Assembly (NCBI GenBank): GCA_030390025.1
Contig: JASTWF010000244.1
Location: 496,001 to 560,000, forward strand
Direction: 5' to 3'
DNA from: Squalus acanthias
Lineage: Eukaryota
DNA length: 64,000 nucleotides
The translations under genes were made by a program, and so were the position numbers. Shown in pieces: positions 35,101 to 50,100 of the stretch. The stretch's first letter is position 1; each line of letters begins with the position of its first letter. The notes below the pieces were generated by a model. The model did no database searches, was not told the DNA's origin, and saw only the letters and a list, made by a program, of their open reading frames with translations.

Positions 35101-38100
35101 ACACCTGAAAATTGTTCTCCCCGGCCCCTCCCTCCCGTTAGATCTGGATCATGTTCTCCCCGGCTCCTCCTTCCCATTAGATCTGGATCATGTTCTCCTG
35201 GCCCCTCCCTCCCGTTAGACCTGGAACATGTTCTCCCGGGCCCCTCCCTCCTGTTAGATCTGGATCATGTTCTCCCCGGCCCCTCCCTCCCATTAGACCT
35301 AGATCATGTTCTCAACGGCCCCTCCCTCCCGTTAGACCTGGATCATGTTATCCCCGGCCCCTCCCATTAGACCTGGATCATGTTCTCCCCGGCCCCTCCC
35401 GTTAGACCTGGATCATGTTGTCCCCGGCCCCTCCCGTTAGGCCTGGATCATGTCCCCCCCGGCCCCTCCAGTTAGATCTGGATCATGTTCTCCCCGGCCC
35501 CTCCCTCCCGTTAGATCTGGATCATGTTCCCCCCGGCTCCTCCCTCCCGTTAGACCTGGATCATGTTCCCCCCGGCCCCTCCCTCCTGTTAGACCTGGAT
35601 CATGTTCCCCCCGGACCCTCCCTCCCGTTAGACCTGGATCATGTTCTCCCCGGCCCCTTCCATCCAGTTAGACCTGGATCATGTTCTCCCCGGCCCCTAC
35701 CTCCCATTAGATCTGGATCATGTTCTCCCCGGCCCCTGCCTCCGGTTAGACCTGGATCATGTTCTCCCAGCCCCTCCCTCCCATTAGAACTGGATCATGT
35801 TATCCCCATCCTCTCCCTCCGGTTAGACCTGGATCATGTTCTCCCTGGCCTCTACCTCCCGTTAGACCTGGATCATGTTCTCCCCAGCCCCTCCCTCCTG
35901 TTAGATCTGGATCATGTTCTCCCGACCTCTCCCTCCCGTTAGACCTGGATCATGTTCTCCCTGGCCCCTCCCTCCCATTAGATCTGGATCATGTTCTCCC
36001 CGGCCTCTCCCTCCCGTTAGACCTGGATCATGTTCTCCCCGGCCCCTCCCTCCCATTAGACCTGGATCATGTTCTCCCCGGCCCCTCCCTCCCGTTAGAC
36101 CTGGATCATGTTCTCCCGGACCCACCCTCCCGTTACACCTGGATCATGTTATCCCCGGCCCCTCCCATTAGACCTGGATCATGTTCTCCCCGGCCCCTCC
36201 CGTTAGACGTGGATCATGTTCCCCCCGGCCCCTCCCTTCAATGAGAACTGGATCATGTTCTCCCCGGCCCCTCCCGTTAGACGTGGATCATGTTCCCCCC
36301 GGCCCCTCCCTTCCATTAGAACTGGATCATGTTCTCCTGGCCCCTCCCTCCCGTTAGACCTGGATCATGTTCTACCAGACCCTCCCTCCCATTACACCCG
36401 GATCATGTACTCCCCGGCCCCTCCCATTAGACCTGGATCATGTTCTCCCCGGCCCCTCCCGTTAGACCTGGATCATGTTCCCCCCGGCCCCTCCCGTTAG
36501 ACCTGGATCATGTTCTCCCCGGCCCCTCCCTCCCGTTAGACCTGGATCATGGTCTCCCAGCCCCACCCTTCCGTTAGACCTGGATCATGTTTCCCCCAGC
36601 CCTTCCCATTAGATCTGGATCATGTTCTTCCCGGCTCCTCCCTCCGGTTAGACATGGATCATGTTCTCCTGGCCCCTCCCTCCCATTAGATCTGGATCAT
36701 GTTCTCCCCATCCTCTCCCTCCGGTTAGACATGGATCATGTTCTCCCCGGCCCCTCCCTCCCGTTAGATCTGGATCATGTTATCCCGACCTCTCCCTCCC
36801 GTTAGATCTGGATCAGGTTCTCCCCGGCCCATCCGTCCCATTAGACCTGGATCATGTTCTCCCCGGCCCCTCCCTCCCGTTAGATCTGGATCATGTTCTC
36901 CCGGACCCTCCCTCCTGTTAGACCTGGATCTTGTTCTACCGGCCCCTTCCTCCCGTTAGATCTGAATCATGTTCTCCCCGGCCCCTCCCATTAGACCTGG
37001 ATCATGGTCTCCCCGGCCGCATCCATCCCGTTAGACCTGGATCATGTTCTCCCCAGCCCCTCCCTCCCATTAGATCTGGATCATGTTCTCCCCGGCCCCT
37101 CCCTCCCATTAGATCTGGATCATGTTCTCGCCGGCCCCTGCCTCCGGTTAGACCTGGATCATGTTCTCCCCGGCCTCTCCCTCCCGTTAGTCCTGGATAA
37201 TATTCTCCCCGGCCTCTACCTCCCGTGAGACCTGGATCATGTTCTTCCCGGCCCCTCCCTCCCGTTAGATCTGGATTATGTTCTCCCGACCTTTCCCTAC
37301 CGTTAGACCTGGATCATGTTCTCCCCGGCTCCTCCCTCCCGTTACATCTGGATCATGTTTCCCCGGCCCCTCCCTCCCGTTAGATCTCGATCATGTTCTC
37401 CCGGCCTTTCCCTCCCGTAAGACCTGGATCATGTTCTTTCCGGCCCCTCCCTCCCGTTAGACCTGGATCATGTTCTCCCCGGCCTCTCCCTCCCGTTAGA
37501 CCTGGATCATGTTCTCCCCGGCCACTCCCTCCCATTAGACCTGGATCATGTTCTCCCGGCCCATCCCTCCCATTAGAACTGGATCATGTTCTCCCGGACC
37601 CTCCCTCCCGTTACACCTGGATCATGTTATCCCCGGCCCCTCCCATTAGACCTGGATCATGTTCTCCCCGGCCCCTCCCGTTAGACCTGGATCATGTTCC
37701 CCCCGGCCCCTCCCGTTAGATCTGGATCATGTTCTCCCTGGCCCCTCCCTCCTGTTAGATCTAGATCATGTTCCCCCCGGCCCCTCCCTCCTGTTAGATC
37801 TGGATCATGTTCTCCCCATCCTCTCCCTTCGGTTAGACCTGGATCATGTTCTCCCCGGCCTCTACCTCCCGTTAGACCTGGATCATGTTCTCCCCGGCCC
37901 CTCCCTCCTGTTAGACCTGGATCATGTTCTCCCGGCACCTCCCTCCCGTTAGACCTGGATCATTTTCTCCCCGGCCCCTCCCTCCTGTTACACCTGAAAA
38001 TTGTTCTCCCCGGCCCCTCCCTCCCGTTAGATCTGGATCATGTTCTCCCCGGCTCCTCCTTCCCATTAGATCTGGATCATGTTCTCCTGGCCCCTCCCTC

Positions 38101-41100
38101 CCGTTAGACCTGGAACTAGTTCTCCCGGGCCCCACCCTCCTGTTAGATCTGGATCATGTTCTCCCCGGCCCCTCCCTCCCATTAGACCTAGATCATGTTC
38201 TCAACGGCCCCTCCCTCCCGTTAGACCTGGATCATGTTATCCCCGGCCCCTCCCATTAGACCTGGATCATGTTCTCCCCGGCCCCTCCCGTTAGACCTGG
38301 ATCATGTTGTCCCCGGCCCCTGCCGTTAGACCTGGATCATGTCCCCCCCGGCCCCTCCAGTTAGATCTGGGTCATGTTCTCCCCGGCCCCTCCCTCCCGT
38401 TAGATCTGGATCATGTTCCCCCCGGCCCCTCCCTCCCGTTAGACCTGGATCATGTTCCCCCCGGCCCCTCCCTCCTGTTAGACCTGGATCATGTTCCCCC
38501 CGGACCCTCCCTCCCGTTAGACCTGGATCATGTTCTCCCCGGCCCCTTCGATCCAGTTAGACCTGGATCATGTTCTCCCCGGCCCCTACCTCCCATTAGA
38601 TCTGGATCATGTTCTCCCCGGCCCCTGCCTCCGGTTAGACCTGGATCATGTTCTCCCAGCCCCTCCCTCGCATTAGAACTGGATCATGTTATCCCCATCC
38701 TCTCCCTCCGGTTAGACCTGGATCATGTTCTCCCTGGCCTCTACCTCCCGTTAGACCTGGATCATGTTCTCCCCAGCCCCTCCCTCCTGTTAGATCTGGA
38801 TCATGTTCTCCCGACCTCTCCCTCCCGTTAGACCTGGATCATGTTCTCCCCGGCCCCTCCCATTAGACCTGGATCATGGTCTCCCCGGCCGCATCCATCC
38901 CGTTAGACCTGGATCATGTTCTCCCCAGCCCCTCCCTCCCATTAGATCTGGATCATGTTCTCCCCGGCCCCTCCCTCCCATTAGATCTGGATCATGTTCT
39001 CACCGGCCCCTGCCTCCGGTTAGACCTGGATCATGTTCTCCCCGGCCTCTCCCTCCCGTTAGTCCTGGATAATATTCTCCCCGGCCTCTACCTCCCGTGA
39101 GACCTGGATCATGTTCTTCCCGGCCCCTCCCTCCCGTTAGATCTCGATCATGTTCTCCCGGCCTTTCCCTCCCGTAAGACCTGGATCATGTTCTTCCCGG
39201 CCCCTCCCTCCCGTTAGACCTGGATCATGTTCTCCCAGGCCTCTCCCTCCCGTTAGACCTGGATCATGTTCTCCCCGGCCCCTCCCTCCCATTAGACCTG
39301 GATCATGTTCTCCCGGCCCCTCCCTCCCATTAGAACTGGATCATGTTCTCCCGGACCCTCCCTCCCGTTACACCTGGATCATGTTATCCCCGGCCCCTCC
39401 CATTAGACCTGGATCATGTTCTCCCCGGCCCCTCCCTTTAGACCTGGATCATTTTCCCCCCGGCCCCTCCCGTTAGATCTGGATCATGTTCTCCCTGGCC
39501 CCTCCCTCCTGTTAGATCTAGATCATGTTCCCCCCGGCCCCTCCCTCCTGTTAGATCTGGATCATGTTCTCCCCATCCTCTCCCTTCGGTTAGACCTGGA
39601 TCATGTTCTCCCCGGCCTCTACCTCCCGTTAGACCTGGATCATGTTCTCCCCGGCCCCTCCCTCCTGTTAGACCTGGATCATGTTCTCCCGGCACCTCCC
39701 TCCCGTTAGACCTGGATCATTTTCTCCCCGGCCCCTCCCTCCTGTTACACCTGAAAATTGTTCTCCCTGGCCCCTCCCTCCCGTTAGATCTGGATCATGT
39801 TCTCCCCGGCTCCTCCTTCCCATTAGATCTGGATCATGTTCTCCTGGCCCCTCCCTCCCGTTAGACCTGGAACTAGTTCTCCGGGCCCCACCCTCCCGTT
39901 AGACCTGGATCATGTTATCCCCGGCCCCTCCCATTAGACCTGGATCATGTTCTCCCCGGCCCCTCCCGTTAGACCTGGATCATGTTGTCCCCGGCCCCTC
40001 CAGTTAGATCTGGATCATGTTCTCCCCGGCCCCTCCCTCCCGTTAGATCTGGATCATGTTCCCCCCGGCCCCTCCCTCCCATTAGACCTGGATCATGTTC
40101 CCCCCGGCCCCTCCCTCCTGTTAGACCTGGATCATGTTCCCCCCGGACCCTTCCTCCCATTAGACCTGGATCATGTTCTCCCCGGCCCCTTCCATCCAGT
40201 TAGACCTGGATCATGTTCTCCCCGGCCCCTACCTCCCATTAGATCTGGATCATGTTCTCCCCGGACCCTGCCTCCGGTTAGACCTGGATCATGTTCTCCC
40301 AGCCCCTCCCTCCCATTAGAACTGGATCATGTTATCCCCATCCTCTCCCTCCGGTTAGACCTGGATCATGTTCTCCCTGGCCTCTACCTCCCGTTAGACC
40401 TGGATCATGTTCTCCCCAGCCCCTCCCTCCTGTTAGATCTGGATCATGTTCTCCCGACCTCTCCCTCCCGTTAGACCTGGATCATGTTCTCCCTGGCCCC
40501 TCCCTCCCATTAGATCTGGATCATGTTCTCCCCGGCCTCTCCCTCCCGTTAGACCTGCATCATGTTCTCCACGGCCCCTCCCTCCCATTAGACCTGGATC
40601 ATGTTCTCCCCGGCCCCTCCCTCCCGTTAGACCTGGATCATGTTCTCCCGGACCCACCCTCCCGTTACACCTGGATCATGTTATCCCCGGCCCCTCCCAT
40701 TAGACCTGGATCATGTGCTCCCCGGCCTCTCCCGTTAGACGTGGATCATGTTCCCCCCGGCCCCTCCCTTCCATTAGAACTGGATCATGTTCTCCCTGGC
40801 CCCTCGCTCCCGTTAGACCTGGATCTTGTTCTCCCCGGCCCCTCCCGTTAGACCTGGATCATGTTCCCCCCGGCCCCTCCCGTTAGATCTGGATCATGAT
40901 CTCCCTGGCCCCTCCCTCCTGTTAGATCTAGATCATGTTCCCCCCAGCCCCTCCCTCCTGTTAGATCTGGATCATGTTCTCCCCATCCTCTCCCTTCGGT
41001 TAGACATGGATCATGTTCTCCCCGGCCTCTACCTCCCGTTAGACCTGGATCATGTTCTCCCCGGCCCCTCCCTCCTGTTAGACCTGGATCATGTTCTCCC

Positions 41101-44100
41101 GGACCCTCCCTCCCGTTAGATCTGGATCATGCTCTCCCGGACCCTCCCTCCCGTTGCACCCGGACATGTTCTCCCCAGCCCCTCCCATTAGACCTGGATC
41201 ATGTTCCCCCCGGCCCCTCCCGTTAGACCTGGATCATGTTCTCCCCGGCCCCTCCGTCCCGTAAGATGTGGATCATGTTCTCCCGGCCCCTCTCTCCCGT
41301 TAGACCTGGATCATGTTCCCCCCGGCCCCTCCCATTAGATCTGGATCATGTTCTTCCTGGCCCCTCCCTCCGGTTAGACCTGGATCATGTTCTCCCAGCC
41401 CCTCCCTCCCATTAGAACTGGATCATGTTATCCCCATCCTCTCCCTTCGGTTAGACCTGGATCATGTTCTCCCTGTCATCTACCTCCCGTTAGACCTGGA
41501 TCATGTTCTCCCCAGCCCCTCCCTCCTGTTAGATCTGGATCATGTTCTCCCCGGCCCCTCCCTCCCATTAGATCTGGATCATGTTCCCCCCGGCCCCTCC
41601 CTCCTGTGAGACCTGGATCATGTTCTTCCCGGCCCCTCCCTCCCGTTAGATCTGGATTATGTTCTCCCGACCTTTCCCTACCGTTAGACCTGGATCATGT
41701 TCTCCCCGGCTCCTCCCTCCCGTTACATCTGGATCATGTTTCCCCGGCCCCTCCCTCCCGTTAGATCTCGATCATGTTCTCCCGGCCTTTCCCTCCCGTA
41801 AGACCTGGATCATGTTCTTCCCGGCCCCTCCCTCCCGTTAGACCTGGATCATGTTCTCCCAGGCCTCTCCCTCCCGTTAGACCTGGATCATGTTCTCCCC
41901 GGCCCCTCCCTCCCATTAGACCTGGATCATGTTCTCCCGGCCCCTCCCTCCCATTAGAACTGGATCATGTTCTCCCGGACCCTCCCTCCCGTTACACCTG
42001 GATCATGTTATCCCCGGCCCCTCCCATTAGACCTGGATCATGTTCTCCCCGGCCCCTCCCTTTAGACCTGGATCATGGTCCCCCCGGCCCCTCCCGTTAG
42101 ATCTGGATCATGTTCTCCCTGGCCCCTCCCTCCTGTTAGATCTAGATCATGTTCCCCCCGGCCCCTCCCTCCTGTTAGATCTGGATCATGTTCTCCCCAT
42201 CCTCTCCCTTCGGTTAGACCTGGATCATGTTCTCCCCGGCCTCTACCTCCCGTTAGACCTGGATCATGTTCTCCCCGGCCCCTCCCTCCTGTTAGACCTG
42301 GATCATGTTCTCCCGGCACCTCCCTCCCGTTAGACCTGGATCATTTTCTCCCCGGCCCCTCCCTCCTGTTACACCTGAAAATTGTTCTCCCCGGCCCCTC
42401 CCTCCCGTTAGATCTGGATCATGTTCTCCCCGGCTCCTCCTTCCCATTAGATCTGGATCATGTTCTCCTGGCCCCTCCCTCCCGTTAGACCTGGAACTAG
42501 TTCTCCCGGGCCCCACCCTCCTGTTAGATCTGGATCATGTTCTCCCCGGCCCCTCCCTCCCATTAGACCTAGATCATGTTCTCAACGGCCCCTCCCTCCC
42601 GTTAGACCTGGATCATGTTATCCCCGGCCCCTCCCATTAGACCTGGATCATGTTCTCCCCGGCCCCTCCCGTTAGACCTGGATCATGTTGTCCCCGGCCC
42701 CTCCAGTTAGATCTGGATCATGTTCTCCCCGGCCCCTCCCTCCCGTTAGATCTGGATCATGTTCCCCCCGGCCCCTCCCTCCCGTTAGACCTGGATCATG
42801 TTCCCCCCGGCCCCTCCCTCCTGTTAGACCTGGATCATGTTCCCCCCGGACCCTTCCTCCCGTTAGACCTGGATCATGTTCTCCCCGGCCCCTTCCATCC
42901 AGTTAGACCTGGATCATGTTCTCCCCGGCCCCTACCTCCCATTAGATCTGGATCATGTTCTCCCCGGACCCTGCCTCCGGTTAGACCTGGATCATGTTCT
43001 CCCAGCCCCTCCCTCCCATTAGAACTGGATCATGTTATCCCCATCCTCTCCCTCCGGTTAGACCTGGATCATGTTCTCCCTGGCCCCTACCTCCCGTTAG
43101 ACATGGATCATGTTCTCCCCAGCCCCTCCCTCCTGTTAGACTGGATCATGTTCTCCCGACCTCTCCCTCCCGTTAGACCTGGATCATGTTCTCCCTGGCC
43201 CCTCCCTCCCATTAGATCTGGATCATGTTCTCCCCGGCCTCTCCCTCCCGTTAGACCTGCATCATGTTCTCCCCGGCCCCTCCCTCCCATTAGACCTGGA
43301 TCATGTTCTCCCCGGCCCCTCCCTCCCGTTAGACCTGGATCATGTTCTCCCGGACCCACCCTCCCGTTACACCTGGATCATGTTATCCCCGGCCCCTCCC
43401 ATTAGACCTGGATCATGTGCTCCCCGACCCCTCCCGTTAGACGTGGATGATGTTCCCCCCGGCCCCTCCCTTCCATTAGAACTGGATCATGTTCTCCCTG
43501 GCCCCTCGCTCCCGTTAGACCTGGATCTTGTTCTCCCCGGCTCCTCCTTCCCATTAGTTCTGGATCATGTTCTCCTGGCCCCTCCCTCCCGTTAGACCTG
43601 GATCATGTTCTACCAGACCCTCCCTCCCATTACACCCGGATCATGTACTCCCCGGCCCCTCCCATTAGACCTGGATCATGTTCTCCCCGGCCCCTCCCGT
43701 TAGACCTGGATCATGTTCCCCCCGGCCCCTCCCGTTAGACCTGGATCATGTTCTCCCCGGCCCCTCCCTCCCGTTAGACCTGGATCATGGTCTCCCGGCC
43801 CCACCCTTCCGTTAGACCTGGATCATGTTTCCCCCATCCCCTCCCATTAGATCTGGATCATGTTATCCCGACCTCTCCCTCCCGTTAGAACTGGATCATG
43901 TTCTCCCCGGCCCATCCGTCCCATTAGACCTGGATCATGTTCTCCCCGGCCCCTCCCTCCCGTTAGATCTGGATCATGTTCTCCCGGACCCTACCTCCTG
44001 TTAGACCTGGATCTTGTTCTACCGGCCCCTTCCGTTAGATCTGAATCATGTTCTCCCCGGCCCCTCCCATTAGACCTGGATCATGGTCTCCCCGGCCCCA

Positions 44101-47100
44101 TCCATCCCGTTAGACCTGGATCATGTTCTCCCCAGCCCCTCCCTCCCATTAGATCTGGATCATGTTCTCCCCGGCCCCTCCCTCCCATTAGATCTGGATC
44201 ATGTTCTCGCCGGCCCCTGCCTCCGGTTAGACCTGGATCATGTTCTCCCCGGCCTCTCCCTCCCGTTAGTCCTGGATAATATTCTCCCCGGCCTCTACCT
44301 CCCATGAGACCTGGATCATGTTCTTCCCGGCCCCTCCCTCCCGTTAGATCTGGATTATGTTCTCCCGACCTTTCCCTACCGTTAGACCTGGATCATGTTC
44401 TCCCCGGCTCCTCCCTCCCGTTAGATCTGGATCATGTTTCCCCGGCCCCTCCCTCCCGTTAGATCTCGATCATGTTCTCCCGGCCTTTCCCTCCCTTAAG
44501 ACCTGCATCATGTTCTCACCGGCCCTTCCCTCCCATTAGACCTGGATCATCTTCTTCCTGGCCCCTCCCTCCCGTTAGACCTGGATCATGTTCTCCCCGG
44601 CCTCTCCCTCCCGTTAGACCTGGATCATGTTCTCCCCGGCCCCTCCCTCCCATTAGACCTGGATCATGTTCTCCCGGCCCCTCCCTCCCATTAGACCTGG
44701 ATCATGTTCTCCCGGACCCTCCCTCCCGTTACACCTGGATCATGTTATCCCGGCCCCTCCCATTAGACCTGGATCATGTTCTCCCCGGCCCCTCCCGTTA
44801 GACCTGGATCATGTTCCCCCCGGCCCCTCCCGTTAGATCTGGATCATGTTCTCCCTGGCCCCTCCCTCCTGTTAGATCTAGATCATGTTCCCCCCGGCCC
44901 CTCCCTCCTGTTAGATCTGGATCATGTTCTCCCCATCCTCTCCCTTCGGTTAGACATGGATCATGTTCTCCCCGGCCTCTACCTCCCGTTAGACCTGGAT
45001 CATGTTCTCCCCGGCCCCTCCCTCCTGTTAGACCTGGATCATGTTCTCCCGGACCCTCCCTCCCGTTAGATCTGGATCATGCTCTCCCGGACCCTCCCTC
45101 CCGTTGCACCCGGACATGTTCTCCCCAGCCCCTCCCATTAGACCTGGATCATGTTCCCCCCGGCCCCTCCCGTTAGACCTGGATCATGTTCTCCCCGGCC
45201 CCTCCGTCCCGTAAGATGTGGATCATGTTCTCCCGGCCCCTCTCTCCCGTTAGACCTGGATCATGTTCCCCCCGGCCCCTCCCATTAGATCTGGATCATG
45301 TTCTTCCTGGCCCCTCCCTCCGGTTAGACCTGGATCATGTTCTCCCAGCCCCTCCCTCCCATTAGAACTGGATCATGTTATCCCCATCCTCTCCCTTCGG
45401 TTAGACCTGGATCATGTTCTCCCTGTCATCTACCTCCCGTTAGACCTGGATCATGTTCTCCCCAGCCCCTCCCTCCTGTTAGATCTGGATCATGTTCTCC
45501 CCGGCCCCTCCCTCCCATTAGATCTGGATCATGTTCCCCCCGGCCCCTCCCTCCCGTGAGACCTGGATCATGTTCTTCCCGGCCCCTCCCTCCCGTTAGA
45601 TCTGGATTATGTTCTCCCGACCTTTCCCTACCGTTAGACCTGGATCATGTTCTCCCCGGCTCCTCCCTCCCGTTACATCTGGATCATGTTTCCCCGGCCC
45701 CTCCCTCCCGTTAGATCTCGATCATGTTCTCCCGGCCTTTCCCTCCCGTAAGACCTGGATCATGTTCTTCCCGGCCCCTCCCTCCCGTTAGACCTGGATC
45801 ATGTTCTCCCAGGCCTCTCCCTCCCGTTAGACCTGGATCATGTTCTCCCCGGCCCCTCCCTCCCATTAGACCTGGATCATGTTCTCCCGGCCCCTCCCTC
45901 CCATTAGAACTGGATCATGTTCTCCCGGACCCTCCCTCCCGTTACACCTGGATCATGTTATCCCCGGCCCCTCCCATTAGACCTGGATCATGTTCTCCCC
46001 GGCCCCTCCCTTTAGACCTGGATCATGGTCCCCCCGGCCCCTCCCGTTAGATCTGGATCATGTTCTCCCTGGCCCCTCCCTCCTGTTAGATCTAGATCAT
46101 GTTCCCCCCGGCCCCTCGCTCCTGTTAGATCTGGATCATGTTCTCCCCATCCTCTCCCTTCGGTTAGACCTGGATCATGTTCTCCCCGGCCTCTACCTCC
46201 CGTTAGACCTGGATCATGTTCTCCCCGGCCCCTCCCTCCTGTTAGACCTGGATCATGTTCTCCCGGCACCTCCCTCCCGTTAGACCTGGATCATTTTCTC
46301 CCCGGCCCCTCCCTCCTGTTACACCTGAAAATTGTTCTCCCCGGCCCCTCCCTCCCGTTAGATCTGGATCATGTTCTCCCCGGCTCCTCCTTCCCATTAG
46401 ATCTGGATCATGTTCTCCTGGCCCCTCCCTCCCGTTAGACCTGGAACTAGTTCTCCCGGGCCCCACCCTCCTGTTAGATCTGGATCATGTTCTCCCCGGC
46501 CCCTCCCTCCCATTAGACCTAGATCATGTTCTCAACGGCCCCTCCCTCCCGTTAGACCTGGATCATGTTCTCCCCGGCCCCTCCCTCCCATTAGACCTAG
46601 ATCATGTTCTCAACGGCCCCTCCCTCCCGTTAGACCTGGATCATGTTATCCCCGGCCCCTCCCATTAGACCTGGATCATGTTCTCCCCGGCCCCTCCCGT
46701 TAGACCTGGATCATGTTGTCCCCGGCCCCTCCAGTTAGATCTGGATCATGTTCTCCCCGGCCCCTCCCTCCCGTTAGATCTGGATCATGTTCCCCCCGGC
46801 CCCTCCCTCCCGTTAGACCTGGATCATGTTCCCCCCGGCCCCTCCCTCCTGTTAGACCTGGATCATGTTCCCCCCGGACCCTTCCTCCCGTTAGACCTGG
46901 ATCATGTTCTCCCCGGCCCCTTCCATCCAGTTAGACCTGGATCATGTTCTCCCCGGCCCCTACCTCCCATTAGATCTGGATCATGTTCTCCCCGGACCCT
47001 GCCTCCGGTTAGACCTGGATCATGTTCTCCCAGCCCCTCCCTCCCATTAGAACTGGATCATGTTATCCCCATCCTCTCCCTCCGGTTAGACCTGGATCAT

Positions 47101-50100
47101 GTTCTCCCTGGCCTCTACCTCCCGTTAGACCTGGATCATGTTCTCCCCAGCCCCTCCCTCCTGTTAGATCTGGATCATGTTCTCCCGACCTCTCCCTCCC
47201 GTTAGACCTGGATCATGTTCTCCCTGGCCCCTCCCTCCCATTAGATCTGGATCATGTTCTCCCCGGCCTCTCCCTCCCGTTAGACCTGTATCATGTTCTC
47301 CCCGGCCCCTCCCTCCCATTAGACCTGGATCATGTTCTCCCCGGCCCCTCCCTCCCGTTAGACCTGGATCATGTTCTCCCGGACCCACCCTCCCGTTACA
47401 CCTGGATCATGTTATCCCCGGCCCCTCCCATTAGACCTGGATCATGTGCTCCCCGGCCCCTCCCGTTAGACGTGGATCATGTTCCCCCCGGCCCCTCCCT
47501 TCCATTAGAACTGGATCATGTTCTCCCTGGCCCCTCGCTCCCGTTAGACCTGGATCTTGTTCTCCCCGGCTCCTCCTTCCCATTAGTTCTGGATCATGTT
47601 CTCCTGGCCCCTCCCTCCCGTTAGACCTGGATCATGTTCTACCAGACCCTCCCTCCCATTACACCCGGATCATGTACTCCCCGGCCCCTCCCATTAGACC
47701 TGGATCATGTTCTCCCCGGCCCCTCCCGTTAGACCTGGATCATGTTCCCCCCGGCCCCTCCCGTTAGACCTGGATCATGTTCTCCCCGGCCCCTCCCTCC
47801 CGTTAGACCTGGATCATGGTCTCCCGGCCCCACCCTTCCGTTAGACCTGGATCATGTTTCCCCCAGCCCCTCCCATTAGATCTGGATCATGTTATCCCGA
47901 CCTCTCCCTCCCGTTAGAACTGGATCATGTTCTCCCCGGCCCATCCGTCCCATTAGACCTGGATCATGTTCTCCCCGGCCCCTCCCTCCCGTTAGATCTG
48001 GATCATGTTCTCCCGGACCCTCCCTCCTGTTAGACCTGGATCTTGTTCTACCGGCCCCTTCCGTTAGATCTGAATCATGTTCTCCCCGGCCCCTCCCATT
48101 AGACCTGGATCATGGTCTCCCCGGCCGCATCCATCCCGTTAGACCTGGATCATGTTCTCCCCAGCCCCTCCCTCCCATTAGATCTGGATCATGTTCTCCC
48201 CGGCCCCTCCCTCCCATTAGATCTGGATCATGTTCTCGCCGGCCCCTGCCTCCGGTTAGACCTGGATCATGTTCTCCCCGGCCTCTCCCTCCCGTTAGTC
48301 CTGGATAAAATTCTCCCCGGCCTCTACCTCCCATGAGACCTGGATCATGTTCTTCCCGGCCCCTCCCTCCCGTTAGATCTGGATTATGTTCTCCCGACCT
48401 TTCCCTACCGTTAGACCTGGATCATGTTCTCCCCGGCTCCTCCCTCCCGTTAGATCTGGATCATGTTTCCCCGGACCCTCCCTCCCGTTAGATCTCGATC
48501 ATGTTCTCCCGGCCTTTCCCTCCCGTAAGACCTGCATCATGTTCTCACCGGCCCTTCCCTCCCATTAGACCTGGATCATCTTCTTCCTGGCCCCTCCCTC
48601 CCGTTAGACCTGGATCATGTTCTCCCCGGCCTCTCCCTCCCGTTAGACCTGGATCATGTTCTCCCCGGCCCCTCCCTCCCATTAGACCTGGATCATGTTC
48701 TCCCGGCCCCTCCCTCCCATTAGACCTGGATCATGTTCTCCCGGACCCTCCCTCCCATTACACCTGGATCATGTTATCCCCGGCCCCTCCCATTAGACCT
48801 GGATCATGTTCTCCCCGGCCCCTCCCGTTAGACCTGGATCATGTTCCCCCCGGCCCCTCCCGTTAGATCTGGATCATGTTCTCCCTGGCCCCTCCTGTTA
48901 GATCTAGATCATGTTCCCCCCGGCCCCTCCCTCCTGTTAGATCTGGATCATGTTCTCCCCGGCCCCTCCCTCCCATTAGATCTGGATCATGTTATCCCCA
49001 TCCTCTCCCTTCGGTTAGACCTGGATCATGTTCTCCCTGTCATCTACCTCCCGTTAGACCTGGATCATGTTCTCCCCAGCCCCTCCCTCCTGTTAGATCT
49101 GGATCATGTTCTCCCCGGCCCCTCCCTCCCATTAGATCTGGATCATGTTCCCCCCGGCCCCTCCCTCCCGTTGGATCTGGATCATTTTCTCCCGGCCTCT
49201 CCCTTCCATTAGACCTGGATCATTTTCTCCCGGGCCCCTCCCTCCTGTTACACCTGGATCTTGTTCTCCCCGGCCCCTCCCTCCCGTTAGATCTGGATCA
49301 TGTTCTCCCAGCCCCTCCCTCCCATTAGAACTGGATCATGTTATCCCCATCCTCTCCCGCCGGTTAGACCTGAATCATGTTCTCCCTGGCCTCTACCTCC
49401 CGTTAGACCTGGATCATGTTCTCCCCAGCCCCTCCCTCCTGTTAGATCTGGATCATCTTCTCCCGACCTCTCCCTCCCGTTAGACCTGGATCATGTTCTC
49501 CCTGGCCCCTCCCTCCCATTAGATCTGGATCATGTTCTCCCCGGCCTCTCCCTCCCGTTAGACCTGGATCATGTTCTCCCCGGCCCCTCCCTCCCATTAG
49601 ACCTGGATCATGTTCTCCCCAGCCCCTCCCTCCCGTTAGACCTGGATCATGTTCTCCCGGACCCACCCTCCCGTTACACCTGGATCATGTTATCCCCGGC
49701 CCCTCCCATTAGACCTGGATCACGTTCTCCCCGGTCCCTCCCGTTAGACCTGGATCATGTTCCCCCCGGCCCCTCCCTTCCATTAGAACTGGTCATGTTC
49801 TCCCTGGCCCCTCGCTCCCGTTAGACCTGGATCTTGTTCTCCCCGGCTCCTCCTTCCCATTAGATCTGGATCATGTTCTCCTGGCCCCTCCCTCCCGTTA
49901 GACCTGGATCATGTTCTGCCGGCCCCTTCCTCCCGTTAGATCTGAATCATGTTCTCCCCGGCCCCTCCCATTAGACCTGGATCATGGTCTCCCCGGCCCC
50001 ATCCATCCCGTTAGACCTGGATCATGTTCTCCCCAGCCCCTCCCTCCCATTAGATCTGGATCATGTTCTCCCCGGCCCCTCCCTCCCATTAGATCTGGAT

